Below, piece by piece: positions 18,787 to 28,755 of a stretch of DNA of 64,000 bases. The number at the start of each line of letters is the position of its first letter. The first letter of the stretch is position 1. The notes under the pieces were generated by a model. That model did not search any database and was not told the DNA's origin. It was given only the letters and a program-made list of their open reading frames with translations. A program made the translations under genes and the position numbers. This stretch comes from an uncultured Nitrososphaerota archaeon (GTDB lineage: Archaea; Thermoproteota; EX4484-205; JAAOZO01), in NCBI GenBank assembly GCA_964408285.1, contig CAYOYV010000006.1, positions 31,635 through 95,634 of the forward strand, given 5' to 3'.

Positions 18787-19914
18787 TTGAAGGTCGGAAT
18801 AGTGCTTGACTGGGCAGACAGATTCGGTGGGGGACAGCGTTGTGCCTCTTGGCTGGTTAGAGCCATGAAAAGCCTCGGGCACGATGTAGCATGTGCCTCC
18901 CTCGCGGGTCCAGTGCAAGGAAGAAGCTATCCAGAGTTCTTCGAAGTTAAGGATTGGTTCACCCCGCGTGGCCTCTTCCCTCCCAAGGGGAAACTCTACC
19001 AACTACTATTGGGATTGGGTGGTGCTACTCTCGATTGCGACAGGGAGTTTCAACCAGAGGTGATCATAAACACCGCTCCATTCCCACCGGCGTTGAGAGA
19101 CATAAAAGCAAAGAAGGTGCAATACATCTATTATCCGTTTGACCTCTCCCTTCTGAAAAAAGACAATCCGCTTTTCAGGTTATACAGGGCACCCATCTGG
19201 CACTTCAACAGAGAGGCTCTTGACAGGATAGACATGTTCATAGCGATTAGCAACTACAGCAGACAGGCAACCATCGATGCCTGGGGGAAGTACCTTCACG
19301 GAAAAGATATCTCGGTGATATATTCCGCGGCAATCGACGTCGAAGATTTCCGAATGCAAATTCCAAGGGAGAATAAGGTATGCTATGTTGGAAGGATTCA
19401 TCCGCTGAAGGGAGTGGACGACGTAATACAGGGATTTGAAAGGGCCAAAGTTCCGGGCAGTAGACTCGTAATAGCTGGAGGCGTGGACAATCAAGCGATT
19501 TCCCAGGCATACTATTCCCGCCTTCTGGAAAAAGAAGCAAAATCCCAGGGCAAGATCGAGGTAATGCCCAATCCATCTGACCAAAGGGTAATCGAAGTCT
19601 ATGCATCAAGTCGTGCCTTTGCGAACTTCTTCTTCGGGGAGCATTTCGGCATAGTCCCTGTAGAGGCCATGGCAGCAGGTACTCCACCTGTTGTCGCAAG
19701 GGGGGGCGGGCAACTGGAAACTGTGGTTGACGGGAAAACTGGCTTTCTCGTTTCAAACGTTGAGGAAATGGGCGATAGGATGAGTTGTCTCCTGACTGAT
19801 GATGCACTCTTTCGAAGAATGTCGGAAGACGCAAGAAGACACGTGGAGGCAAAATTCTCGAGAGAAGCTTTTGTTCGGAGCTGGAACGAGGCCATGGAAA
19901 AACTAATGGCGTGA
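18787..19914 (+). CDS. glycosyltransferase family 4 (ALG11-like)
   Basis: GGGQR, YVGRIHPLKG, EHFGIVPVEAMAAG. Confidence 0.9.
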   Translation: MKVGIVLDWADRFGGGQRCASWLVRAMKSLGHDVACASLAGPVQGRSYPEFFEVKDWFTPRGLFPPKGKLYQLLLGLGGATLDCDREFQPEVIINTAPFPPALRDIKAKKVQYIYYPFDLSLLKKDNPLFRLYRAPIWHFNREALDRIDMFIAISNYSRQATIDAWGKYLHGKDISVIYSAAIDVEDFRMQIPRENKVCYVGRIHPLKGVDDVIQGFERAKVPGSRLVIAGGVDNQAISQAYYSRLLEKEAKSQGKIEVMPNPSDQRVIEVYASSRAFANFFFGEHFGIVPVEAMAAGTPPVVARGGGQLETVVDGKTGFLVSNVEEMGDRMSCLLTDDALFRRMSEDARRHVEAKFSREAFVRSWNEAMEKLMA

Positions 19915-19989
19915 GCAAGTCTACAGGAAACTCTCCGAATATTCTCCAAATGACCGAGTGTAATCGATCTGCTTTTTCGCCTCCCTTGT

Positions 19990-21176
19990 TCACTTGATGC
20001 GCCTCGCGGCGGGGGTTTTGATTAGGGCGATCATCGCAACTGCAGAAACAAGGGAGGTAAAGAAGCTGTACGTGAAAGGAGCGGATGGGCCGATTGTGTC
20101 CCAAAGATACCCGACAACGATATTCGCGAACAAGTAGCCCACTCCAACGACCAGGTAATAGATTCCATATGCGGTCCCACGAAGGCTTTCATCCGTAAAG
20201 GTCGGTACTGTTGCCCTTTGCACGGTCTCGATTGTTCCAAAGTAGAGACCGAACAACGCGGCCACAACTAACACCTGTAGTATTCCATTCGACAGAAGAA
20301 TCAATATCAAATCCCCGCAGCCTAGGATGAGATATCCAAGTGCCAGAACCTTCCCCCTCCCTATCCTATCAAATAATGCTCCTGCTGGTATCCCTATAAT
20401 TGCATGGAATATGTTAATCAACATATAGACTCCAGGAACATATTGCTCAGGAATTCCTGCCTCGCCAGCTCTGATGAGGATAAAGGAAAAATTGAACGCC
20501 CCGATGGAGAAAAGGGCAACAATGGCCAGGAACTTCAGAAACTCGGGGGAAAGGGACCGTCGAATGTCTCCCAATGGAGTTTCTCCTGGTCTGACAGAAG
20601 CGGCCTCCTTCACGAAGAAAAGCAACACGAAAAGGGCAAGTGCCCCTGGTAAAAGCGAGAAGACGAATAGGCCTCTGAAGGAAAGAATCGGCAGCAGAAG
20701 GATAGCCAACAGTGGGCCCAGGATTGCGCCTGACTGGTCCAACGTCCTGTGAATGCCAAACACCTTTCCCAGAGACTCCTTGGGCACTGAGGCGCTGAGA
20801 AGTGAGTCTCGCGGGGCCGTTCTGGTGGCCTTGCCAACCCCGTCCATAAATCTAATGATCAAGACATTCGTCCAATCTGTTGCAGTTGCGAACAAAGGTT
20901 TTGTCAGAGTTGACAGCATATATCCCAACAACACCAAGGGTTGCGCTTTCCAGTGCGATCCGATATGAAACCGGATAGCATCCTAAGAAGGTAGCTGGAG
21001 GATTCTGCAATACCCTCAATGAGGCCTAGTTCGATCTTTGTTCCTCCAAGTTCCTGAACTACGAAGGATGGGAGCACGCTGAATATCATTTCGCTTGAAA
21101 CATCGGTCAGGAAACTTGTGGCCCCGAGTGCGTATACATTCCTCATGTCGTTCTCCTGCTGTTGCTTAGCCTGCAT
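19990..21176 (-). pseudogene. MFS transporter with a single-base frameshift near 20941
   Basis: N-terminal part SFLTDVSSEMI...SDRTGKR continues as PLVLLGY in another frame (cgc aa ccc ttg, one base missing). Confidence 0.8.
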
Positions 21177-21367
21177 CGGGATATCGCCTCTTCACTTCTG
21201 GCACGAAATAAAACTGTTCAGATCCTGACATGCGGAATGACGTTTTTCAACAAGGAGTAGGCTAAGTTTCAAGGGAAGTACTCAACGGAGGAATGGTAGT
21301 CAATCTTTTGATATTCAGATGTCCATGGGACATTCTTAAAATGACCTCCAGCGTGCTTTTTGCGCTG

Positions 21368-22156
21368 ATGGCGGAGCAAGGCAAGGACATAGAGCCCCTC
21401 GTCCAAGCCCTATCACACGACAAGAGGAGGCTGATAATCGCTCTCCTAGCAGAGGAAGGGCCGAAGGGGGTAACCGAATTGAAGTCAAGGCTCAGCCTAA
21501 GCACCGGAAGTCTATATCACAACTTGGAGTTCTTAGAGGGGTTCATTGACAGAGAAGGCAAGAAGTACAAGCTCAACGAGAGAGGAATGGAGCTCTACAG
21601 GATGATGAGAGAGGGAACGCTGAATCCTCCTTTCGCGGGGATTAGTGTAGTCAGGACCCTGATGCCGGTAGACTACATGGAAACCCTTCTGGACAATCCG
21701 AGGATTGCCATACCCTTGGCCTGCCTCATGTCACTAGTGATCTTCGCATCAGCACTTTTGAGGGGATATGGGTTGGTCTTGCTTGTTCTTGCTGGCCCTT
21801 GGCCTGAAAGAATGTTCTCTGCGATGAGCGTGGCCCTTAGCCTAGCCATCATAATCTCTAGCACTACTATGATCTTCAGGTCTGTGAATATTAAGGACCT
21901 ACTTATTCTGACTCTGATAAGCCTGATGCCACAAGCGCTTTATTCGATCGTAGCAGACTACATATATACGTTCGGAACGCCAGTTTCTGATGCGATCTAT
22001 CTACTCGTAGCTGGGTTAGGGATCCTCACGACTGCCAGTGCAGTAAGGGTGGTCTCCAGGACTAGGACTGAATATGCCCTCTTGTTCTCATTTGTACTAG
22101 TCTACCTAGGAGCCGTATTGGCTCCCGTGATCTCAACGTTCCTGGCCGGAGGTTGA
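21368..22156 (+). CDS. ArsR-type winged HTH fused to a multi-TM membrane domain
   Basis: ALSHDKRRLII...STGSLYHNLEFL...YKLNERG, followed by about 6 TM helices. Confidence 0.8.
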   Translation: MAEQGKDIEPLVQALSHDKRRLIIALLAEEGPKGVTELKSRLSLSTGSLYHNLEFLEGFIDREGKKYKLNERGMELYRMMREGTLNPPFAGISVVRTLMPVDYMETLLDNPRIAIPLACLMSLVIFASALLRGYGLVLLVLAGPWPERMFSAMSVALSLAIIISSTTMIFRSVNIKDLLILTLISLMPQALYSIVADYIYTFGTPVSDAIYLLVAGLGILTTASAVRVVSRTRTEYALLFSFVLVYLGAVLAPVISTFLAGG

Positions 22157-22945
22157 TTTCTTCATGAAGGTCCGAAGGTCTTCGCCTATCACGAGTCCAT
22201 CCATGGGTTTGATGTCGTAGATGTAAGGTGCCAAATCAACCCTCGTCCACCTCATTTTCCTGACCATTATCGTCCTGATGTTCGTGTGCCTCATCCTCTC
22301 TATGGATAGGCGCACTATGCCAGCAGCCAAGAATTCCTCCACTCCGAATCTGCTGAGTGCATTTGAGCCGGTCGGTATTTCTGAAGTTATTACGGTTGTG
22401 GTGCCAATGAATTTCTCAATGGCTGCGACAAAGGCCCTTATGTAGTCTCTTGTCCATGACAGGTCTATAACCTCTCCGAGGAGAGGAGCCACAGGGTCCA
22501 CAACCATTCTCTTGGCGCCTATTCTGTCTGCCCTTCGTTTAAGCTCGCCTATGATCTGCTTCATGGTCTCTGCCATGAACTTCTCCCTTACTACCTCGGC
22601 AAAGAAGGGCCTTACGTCGACTATGTCCAGCATTCCTTTCTTTATCGGGTCAAGAAGATCCCAGCCCATGGTCAGAGCGCCTTCGATTGTTCCGTCTATG
22701 GTTTCATCGAATGGTATATATATGCCAGGTTCTTGATTCTCGAAACCCGTCAGGAGAAATTTCAGCGAGAAGAGAGTCTTGCCGGTTCCTGTTTCTCCGG
22801 CGACGAGGTAGGTTTTGCCTCGCATGAAGCCTCCGTTGACAAGCCTGTCAAAGTTGACAACTCCGGTGGGGATCCTGAGGGCCTCGTGCTGGATCTGCAT
22901 GTCGTTGACAGATGGGATCTCCTTTTTACTGCTTTGACCTATCAA
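22133..22945 (-). CDS. KaiC/RAD55-family single-domain ATPase
   Basis: IPTGV..FDRLVNGG, GETGTGKT, RMVVDP, VRKMR. Confidence 0.9.
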   Translation of the reverse strand: MIGQSSKKEIPSVNDMQIQHEALRIPTGVVNFDRLVNGGFMRGKTYLVAGETGTGKTLFSLKFLLTGFENQEPGIYIPFDETIDGTIEGALTMGWDLLDPIKKGMLDIVDVRPFFAEVVREKFMAETMKQIIGELKRRADRIGAKRMVVDPVAPLLGEVIDLSWTRDYIRAFVAAIEKFIGTTTVITSEIPTGSNALSRFGVEEFLAAGIVRLSIERMRHTNIRTIMVRKMRWTRVDLAPYIYDIKPMDGLVIGEDLRTFMKKSTSGQER

Positions 22946-23357
22946 CGAATATCACCTCAAACCAAATCGCCTTGCCGTCCTCCGCTATCCTATGTTGCCC
23001 AAGAGGTCGCATATTCTTGAAATGCTTGGCAGCCCTTTGCGTTGCAATGTGTGCCCTATCTAAGCTCGGAGTGTACAACACACTTCCGGCGTGTCTTGGC
23101 CTCCTCCCTGATCTGGGCCTCGGCTTCCTTCTTCCACCCCTTGGAACCCTGCTGACGACAACCGCATATCCTGGAACGGATCTGTATCCGAACGATTTGG
23201 CCCTCTGAAGATCGACAGGCCTTTCCAACCTGAAGACGGCTGGTTTCTGCTTCAGGGATGGCAGCATTCCGGATCTGGCGTTGCTCTTGGCTTCGATTAG
23301 TTCAACCTTGGATTGTTCGGATAGTTTCAGGTTCATGGTTGTCGCGTCCGTTGTCAT
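22926..23357 (-). CDS. rpl15e: 50S ribosomal protein L15e (short form)
   Basis: RLERP...RAKSFGY, RGGRRKPRP..GRRP, AEDG...WFEVIFVD. Confidence 0.88.
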   Translation of the reverse strand: MTTDATTMNLKLSEQSKVELIEAKSNARSGMLPSLKQKPAVFRLERPVDLQRAKSFGYRSVPGYAVVVSRVPRGGRRKPRPRSGRRPRHAGSVLYTPSLDRAHIATQRAAKHFKNMRPLGQHRIAEDGKAIWFEVIFVDRSKQ

Positions 23358-23431
23358 GACTAGGCTAATTAAAGGTTGTCTGATTTGCGTGCGAAGAAGT
23401 TTAAAAAAACAAGCTGCGAAAGATAGGCCGG

Positions 23432-24628
23432 ATGAGGATAATCGGGGTAACGGGAAAACCGAACGTTGGGAAGAGCACCTTTTTCAGCGCAAGCACATTG
23501 ATACCTGTCAAGATAGCAAACTACCCGTTCACCACGATTGAGCCCAATGTGGGGGTAGGCTATGTTCGGCTCAAGGAGGCGGCTCTGGATTTCAATATCA
23601 TTCCCCAGCCGAACAATTCATACTCCAGGGGCGGATTCAGGTTTGCCCCTATCCAGCTCGTGGATCTTCCCGGTCTCGTTCCGGGAGCACATGCTGGCAG
23701 AGGCCTAGGAAACCAGTTTCTGACCGCTGTGAGCAATGCCGATGCGCTCATCCACGTTATTGATGCATCTGGTGGAACGGATTCTGAGGGAAGAACGATT
23801 AAGCCGGGGACTCATGACGTGATATCCGATGTCAAGTTCCTCGAGGAGGAGTACGAGATCTGGTTGCTTGATGTGATGAAGCGGAATTGGGAGAGGATCT
23901 CGAGGAAAGTCGATTCATCGAACATACCCCTATCTGAGGGCATCTCCATGACGATGACGAACTTGGCCGGCACAAGGGGAGAAGTTGAAACGGCATTGAC
24001 CCAATCGGACGTGCCTCAAGAACCAGCTGACTGGAAGGATGATGACTTCAACAGGTTTTCCAAAGTCCTTAGGCAGAAGACAATGCCGATATTGCTTGTC
24101 GCGAACAAGGCAGATGTTCCCGAGGCAGAGGAAAACATCAGGATCTTGAAGGAAGCCGGCCACAAAGTGATCCCTACCTCTGCTGAGGCCGAACTTGCGC
24201 TCAGAAGGGCGGACAAATCAGGACTCATCGAATACATACCCGGTTCAGAGGATTTTAGTATCAAGAAGGAGGACCTGCTCAAACAGGAGCAGAGAAAGGG
24301 CCTCGAGTTGCTCAAGGAAAAAGTCCTCCGAAAATGGGGATCGACAGGGCTCCAACGAGCTCTTGACGAAGCGACGTTCTCTCTCCTTCAGATGGTCGCA
24401 GTGTTCCCAGTTCAGGATCCAAGGAAGCTTACTGATGGCAAGGGGAGGGTCTTGCCCGACGTATATCTCCTTGACCCGGATTCAACGGCTAAGGATCTGG
24501 CCAATGCAATTCACTCGGAAATCGGTGAGAAATTTCTTTACGCAATCGATGTCAGGACCCTCAGAAGATTGTCCGATGACTACAAGCTCAAGCCGGGTGA
24601 GGTAATCAGCATCGTGTCGGCGGCCTGA
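23432..24628 (+). CDS. ychF: YchF/Obg-family ATPase with TGS domain
   Basis: GKPNVGKST, ANYPFTTIEPN, DLPGLVPGA..GRGLGNQFL, ANKAD. Confidence 0.93.
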   Translation: MRIIGVTGKPNVGKSTFFSASTLIPVKIANYPFTTIEPNVGVGYVRLKEAALDFNIIPQPNNSYSRGGFRFAPIQLVDLPGLVPGAHAGRGLGNQFLTAVSNADALIHVIDASGGTDSEGRTIKPGTHDVISDVKFLEEEYEIWLLDVMKRNWERISRKVDSSNIPLSEGISMTMTNLAGTRGEVETALTQSDVPQEPADWKDDDFNRFSKVLRQKTMPILLVANKADVPEAEENIRILKEAGHKVIPTSAEAELALRRADKSGLIEYIPGSEDFSIKKEDLLKQEQRKGLELLKEKVLRKWGSTGLQRALDEATFSLLQMVAVFPVQDPRKLTDGKGRVLPDVYLLDPDSTAKDLANAIHSEIGEKFLYAIDVRTLRRLSDDYKLKPGEVISIVSAA

Positions 24629-24665
24629 AATGTCCAGGGTCGATCTTCTTGTTGCCCTCTGGTTT

Positions 24666-25274
24666 CTAAGCTGCTTGCTTTGCTAGTTCCTTCGGCCCTT
24701 CGCTTGGAGGAGAAACAAGCTTGACTTTGGTGACACCGGCGTATTTCACTCTCATGTGTTTCTTTGCGAAATTGAAGATATCTGACTCGGTCTTGCCCGA
24801 TACCATCTCCTGGACTAGCTGTGACAACTTATACGATGAGCACTTCTCCCTCATCAACTTCGCCAGCTGATTGGAGAGAAATGTCTTCTTATTGGTCGAG
24901 ACCTTGTTCCTTGCTATCATCGTGACGCGCATCCGGAATGCATGCCCATCCTTCGTGACAACATCCACTATCGGCTCTATTTTTGACGATCCCTTCCTCA
25001 AGACGCTCCTAATGTAATCCCTAGAGACCTCGTGTCCAATGTATTCCGTGTTGGCCTTTCCCCCGGATACTTCGGAGATCCTCAAGTTGATCTTAGTGTA
25101 CGCATGCGCCGGATCCTCAGTGAGATCTGACTGAAGAACATCGATTCTCCTTATCGATGGATCCTCATCCGAATAGATCACCATATTCCCCACTGCCTTT
25201 GCCCCAAGGTATTCAGGGGATACAACCTGCAGCCAGATTTCAGCCCTTTCTTGTTTCTTCTTGGCAGACGACAA
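24666..25274 (-). CDS. rps3ae: 30S ribosomal protein S3Ae
   Basis: GHEVSRDYIRSVLRKGSSKIE, DVVTKDG; conserved synteny. Confidence 0.92.
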   Translation of the reverse strand: MSSAKKKQERAEIWLQVVSPEYLGAKAVGNMVIYSDEDPSIRRIDVLQSDLTEDPAHAYTKINLRISEVSGGKANTEYIGHEVSRDYIRSVLRKGSSKIEPIVDVVTKDGHAFRMRVTMIARNKVSTNKKTFLSNQLAKLMREKCSSYKLSQLVQEMVSGKTESDIFNFAKKHMRVKYAGVTKVKLVSPPSEGPKELAKQAA

Positions 25275-25366
25275 CTTGCACCGGGGGTCATTTTGTCAAA
25301 GGTATTTAAGCAATTCTCGTGTTTCTGCCTCGACAATCTTGGCTATATCCTAGTCTTCGAGATTAC

Positions 25367-25627
25367 TCAATGGGCATCGATCACTTGCAGGACGAGATCG
25401 ACTGCTCTCAGGAGGTCATCGATTGTCTCTGCCATGGATTTTGGGCCTCTCTTGCAGAGCAAATGCGTCACAACAGAATTGCCCCTCTGAACCGTTCTAA
25501 TCCTGAGGCCCTCAAGCTTGAACTTCTCGTCGGGCCGAAGCGCAAAGCACACTGCCCTTGCCTTGAGTTCATTCTCAAGTTGAATCTCGATCTTCGCTCT
25601 GATTAGGGGTGATTCCTTCTGAGGCAA
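25367..25627 (-). CDS. pcc1: KEOPS complex subunit Pcc1
   Basis: Small protein with ALRPD and TIDDLLRAV; position between RecJ-like gene and S3ae. Confidence 0.7.
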   Translation of the reverse strand: MPQKESPLIRAKIEIQLENELKARAVCFALRPDEKFKLEGLRIRTVQRGNSVVTHLLCKRGPKSMAETIDDLLRAVDLVLQVIDAH

Positions 25628-27044
25628 GTTTGCCCACCCTCTCCAAGAATCTCTCTACTCTCCTTCGAGGAATAGTTGCGCCCGCTGCCACGTTGTGTCC
25701 CCCTCCTTGTCCCCCTACTGCCTTTGCAGCCAATTCCATTATTTTGCCTGCGTTCACGCCGGATGTTGCCAGCTCATACGATGCTCTGCTCGAGACCTTG
25801 ACATTGACATCATCCTCGAGCGCAACAGCTACAAAAAGCTTGTTCGGCCTGAAAAGTGTTCCAGTGGAAAGAATAGTGGCAACCGGACTCAATATGTTGG
25901 GATCGATCAGGTCTTCTCCTCTTACGATGACCAGTTTTTCAGTTTCGGTTATGGCTCCCGGAACGGTAAGAACGGACCTGATTGACGTCTGGATGGATGA
26001 AGTATATTCCTGTGACACCTGGATTGACTGCTCCAACAGCTCTCCTCGATAACCCATCGCCAAGCTCATGCCAAGATCGAATCTATTCGAACGTCCCAAG
26101 GAGTTTAGGAGGAAAGAGAACTCCCTAGCATCCCTAGTCGGAGACCATTTGTCCTCCCTTATGAAAGTGTAAGCCTTTCCAACGAATGGTAAGTCAGATG
26201 GCAATTGCATCCCCCTGTCGACGAGTATCTGCAGAAGCCCAGCCGTGAGCCTTTGCTTTTCCTCTTTTTTCAGGTCGGAAATCGTCCTGCTCATGTCATG
26301 TTCCTTCATATCTATCTGGAGGGAATCAAGCAACTTGAACGCTCCCGCCTCATCACCGGTGACTCCGGGTATCTGAAAGGAGAAGGTGCCTGCGAGTGCC
26401 CGCATAAGAGGTCTGGTTTCTCTTCCGAAGAATATCAGATCCTCCTCGACCTTGACAATTCCCCTTTCCTCGCCTTCGTTGACGACAAGTGCATTCAGCC
26501 CCCTCAACTCCCTCATTTCATTCTTGTCCTGAAGATCGGCTAGAGCTCCCACTATGCCGAGAACTGGCAGTTGCTCCGGTTCCCTGTTAATGCTGGAGGC
26601 GACGAAGAAAGCAGTTCCGGAGGCTGACAAATCCTTGCCTCCATCAAATCCGTAAAGGCATGGATTCAACTGGAGGACTCCTTCTCCAGATCCCTGTGGT
26701 TGATGGTGATCCAATACAACTGTCCGTCCAGATAACTTACCTCCAATGGAATCAAGGGAGCCAGACCCTATGTCAATGAAAACCGACGGTAGTCCCCCTT
26801 TCGCCATTGATTCGATCACCTCTTCTGTTAGGGAATCCACGAACTTCACCTTGAACGAGATGTTTTTCGCGGACAGTGAGAGGCTCAAGGTCGCCGCCGC
26901 GGCAACTCCATCCGCATCCCAATGCGACACAAGTGAAAGGTCAGTTCCCTGACTGCAATCGATTATCTTGTCCGCTGCTTCCTCGGCTCTCTCTAGAAAG
27001 CCATCCATATCTCCATGATCCGGAGTGATATCGCTACGCTTCAT
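25575..27044 (-). CDS. DHH-family phosphoesterase (RecJ/GAN/Cdc45-like)
   Basis: SHWDADG, DIGSG, LDHH, GGGHNVAAGA. Confidence 0.92.
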   Translation of the reverse strand: MKRSDITPDHGDMDGFLERAEEAADKIIDCSQGTDLSLVSHWDADGVAAAATLSLSLSAKNISFKVKFVDSLTEEVIESMAKGGLPSVFIDIGSGSLDSIGGKLSGRTVVLDHHQPQGSGEGVLQLNPCLYGFDGGKDLSASGTAFFVASSINREPEQLPVLGIVGALADLQDKNEMRELRGLNALVVNEGEERGIVKVEEDLIFFGRETRPLMRALAGTFSFQIPGVTGDEAGAFKLLDSLQIDMKEHDMSRTISDLKKEEKQRLTAGLLQILVDRGMQLPSDLPFVGKAYTFIREDKWSPTRDAREFSFLLNSLGRSNRFDLGMSLAMGYRGELLEQSIQVSQEYTSSIQTSIRSVLTVPGAITETEKLVIVRGEDLIDPNILSPVATILSTGTLFRPNKLFVAVALEDDVNVKVSSRASYELATSGVNAGKIMELAAKAVGGQGGGHNVAAGATIPRRRVERFLERVGKLASEGITPNQSEDRDST

Positions 27045-27465
27045 ATTTCCAATCAGGCGGCAAAATCCCCTTCTCCTTGTAATATTTTGCCAGGCGTCTC
27101 ACCTTCGAACTCACCAATTGGATGGTGTGAACGTTCAGGTGATCGGAAGGATATCTCTCGGAGTGCCTCTTCATCCTGTCGACCTTCTTCATCAATTGCG
27201 TCAGGTCTTCTGCCTCCATCGCTTGTTCCTTTGCCTCCTTCAAGATGGCAGTGATTGACTTACCAGTGACTAATTTCACAGAGGGTATTCCATATCTGTC
27301 TCTAAGCTCAAGTCCTATCTGGCTCTTTGTCCTGCCTTCCCTTGCCAAGGATAAGGTCAGTCTTTCAACCTCAGCGGCGGGAAGCTGTACCCATTCCGGC
27401 TTCACTTTGGACATGGGCTTGCTTGAGCCGCTTCTTCCACGCCTGTGGCTATATAGACGCGCCAT
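27034..27465 (-). CDS. rps15: 30S ribosomal protein S15
   Basis: MARLYSHRRGRSGS, SQIGLELRDRYGIP, RRLAKYYK. Confidence 0.96.
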   Translation of the reverse strand: MARLYSHRRGRSGSSKPMSKVKPEWVQLPAAEVERLTLSLAREGRTKSQIGLELRDRYGIPSVKLVTGKSITAILKEAKEQAMEAEDLTQLMKKVDRMKRHSERYPSDHLNVHTIQLVSSKVRRLAKYYKEKGILPPDWKYEA

Positions 27466-27503
27466 GGGGATTGGCGAAGGATTGACCACCGGTTTAAAAA
27501 GCT

Positions 27504-28106
27504 TCATTCAACTATGCGGCGGTTTTTCAACACAAATGAGCACAATGCCCTGACCGCCCTGGATCTGTGGGAGAGTCGATTCTTCTCCATGATGCTCAAC
27601 TGAGCAAAAGTCCTAGAAATGCCTGAAGGGACGAATACCGGGTCAAAACCAAATCCTCCTTCTCCCTTTGCAAGCTTCGAGATGCTGCCCTCGACCTCTC
27701 CGATGAAGAGCTTAGGTCCGGAAAGAGTCGAACTAGAGCAGAGGGCCACACAGGACTTGAACATGGCCCTTCTGTCGCTGATGCCGCTCATCAGCTTGAG
27801 AAGCCCGGGAACTCCGATGGAAGAATACACGTATGATGAGTAGACTCCTGGAAATCCGTGAAGCGAATCGATGAAAAGGCCCGCATCCTCTACGAAAAGA
27901 GGCTGTTTGATGATCTGAAACGCGAGCAAAGCTGTCGTCCTGGCCACGTATTCAATCGAATCCGACTGGGGTTCATCCAGTTCAAGATCCTCAAAAGACA
28001 GTCTAAGACCGAACTCCTTGGCTATTCTCGTGGCTTCTCTGAACTTGGCCTTGTTACCGGTTACAAAGTGAATGATCGGCAGTTCATGTACCCTATGTCT
28101 GTTCAT
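27504..28106 (-). CDS. rdgB: XTP/dITP diphosphatase (RdgB/HAM1)
   Basis: FVTGNKAKF, EDAGL, GFGFDPVF, KNRLSHR. Confidence 0.95.
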   Translation of the reverse strand: MNRHRVHELPIIHFVTGNKAKFREATRIAKEFGLRLSFEDLELDEPQSDSIEYVARTTALLAFQIIKQPLFVEDAGLFIDSLHGFPGVYSSYVYSSIGVPGLLKLMSGISDRRAMFKSCVALCSSSTLSGPKLFIGEVEGSISKLAKGEGGFGFDPVFVPSGISRTFAQLSIMEKNRLSHRSRAVRALCSFVLKNRRIVE

Positions 28107-28755
28107 GAGTGCCCCTCCTCCTGTATCTCCCCCTAGACCCTATCTCTTCAAGTCTCTGCAAGATGGACCTTGACTGATCGCCGCCCCGCTTAACATAGCC
28201 ATCCACAAATCTCTGCCAATAGCTTTTCCCCGATTTCCCAAACATCGAATCGAGCGCCAATTTCATGACATTCAAGTCCTCAGCCAACTTCTCCGTTTCA
28301 GCCGTTATCTCTCCGAGTCCGAAGTCCAGGAATATCATGCTTTCCCCCCGGACCAAGATGTTGGATGGGGTGAGATCTCCATGTGATATTCTTGCTCTAT
28401 GTAGTCTGTTCACCATGCTCCCTGCCTTCTCCGCAATAGATTCGCGTTCTGTCGACAAGGCCTCCTTCAATGGGATGCCCTCTACATAGGACATGATTAT
28501 CACTCCCGTAACAGGATTAACATGATAGATGACCGGTGTCGGAATCCCGGCCAGTTTGGCCTCATGCATTAGATTCGCCTCCTTGGCAGTTCTTGATCCA
28601 ATTATCCTCTGGTTCAATTGCTCCAATCTATAGCCCTTTGACCTTCTAATCTTGGAGACGACTAGGAGATCCATCCATGTGCCGAGCCAGATCTCGGCCT
28701 CTGCCCCCAGATATAGTGAGCGGTTAGGCTCAAAACCTTCTGGGAATCTTGACAT
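28093..28755 (-). CDS. bud32: KEOPS kinase Bud32
   Basis: GAEA, HGDLTPSN, DFGLG, RGRY C-terminus. Confidence 0.93.
   Translation of the reverse strand: MSRFPEGFEPNRSLYLGAEAEIWLGTWMDLLVVSKIRRSKGYRLEQLNQRIIGSRTAKEANLMHEAKLAGIPTPVIYHVNPVTGVIIMSYVEGIPLKEALSTERESIAEKAGSMVNRLHRARISHGDLTPSNILVRGESMIFLDFGLGEITAETEKLAEDLNVMKLALDSMFGKSGKSYWQRFVDGYVKRGGDQSRSILQRLEEIGSRGRYRRRGTHEQT

Noticed and set aside
20904-20960. MFS frameshift as another intron
   Set aside because: A base is missing rather than inserted, and no BHB fold restores the frame
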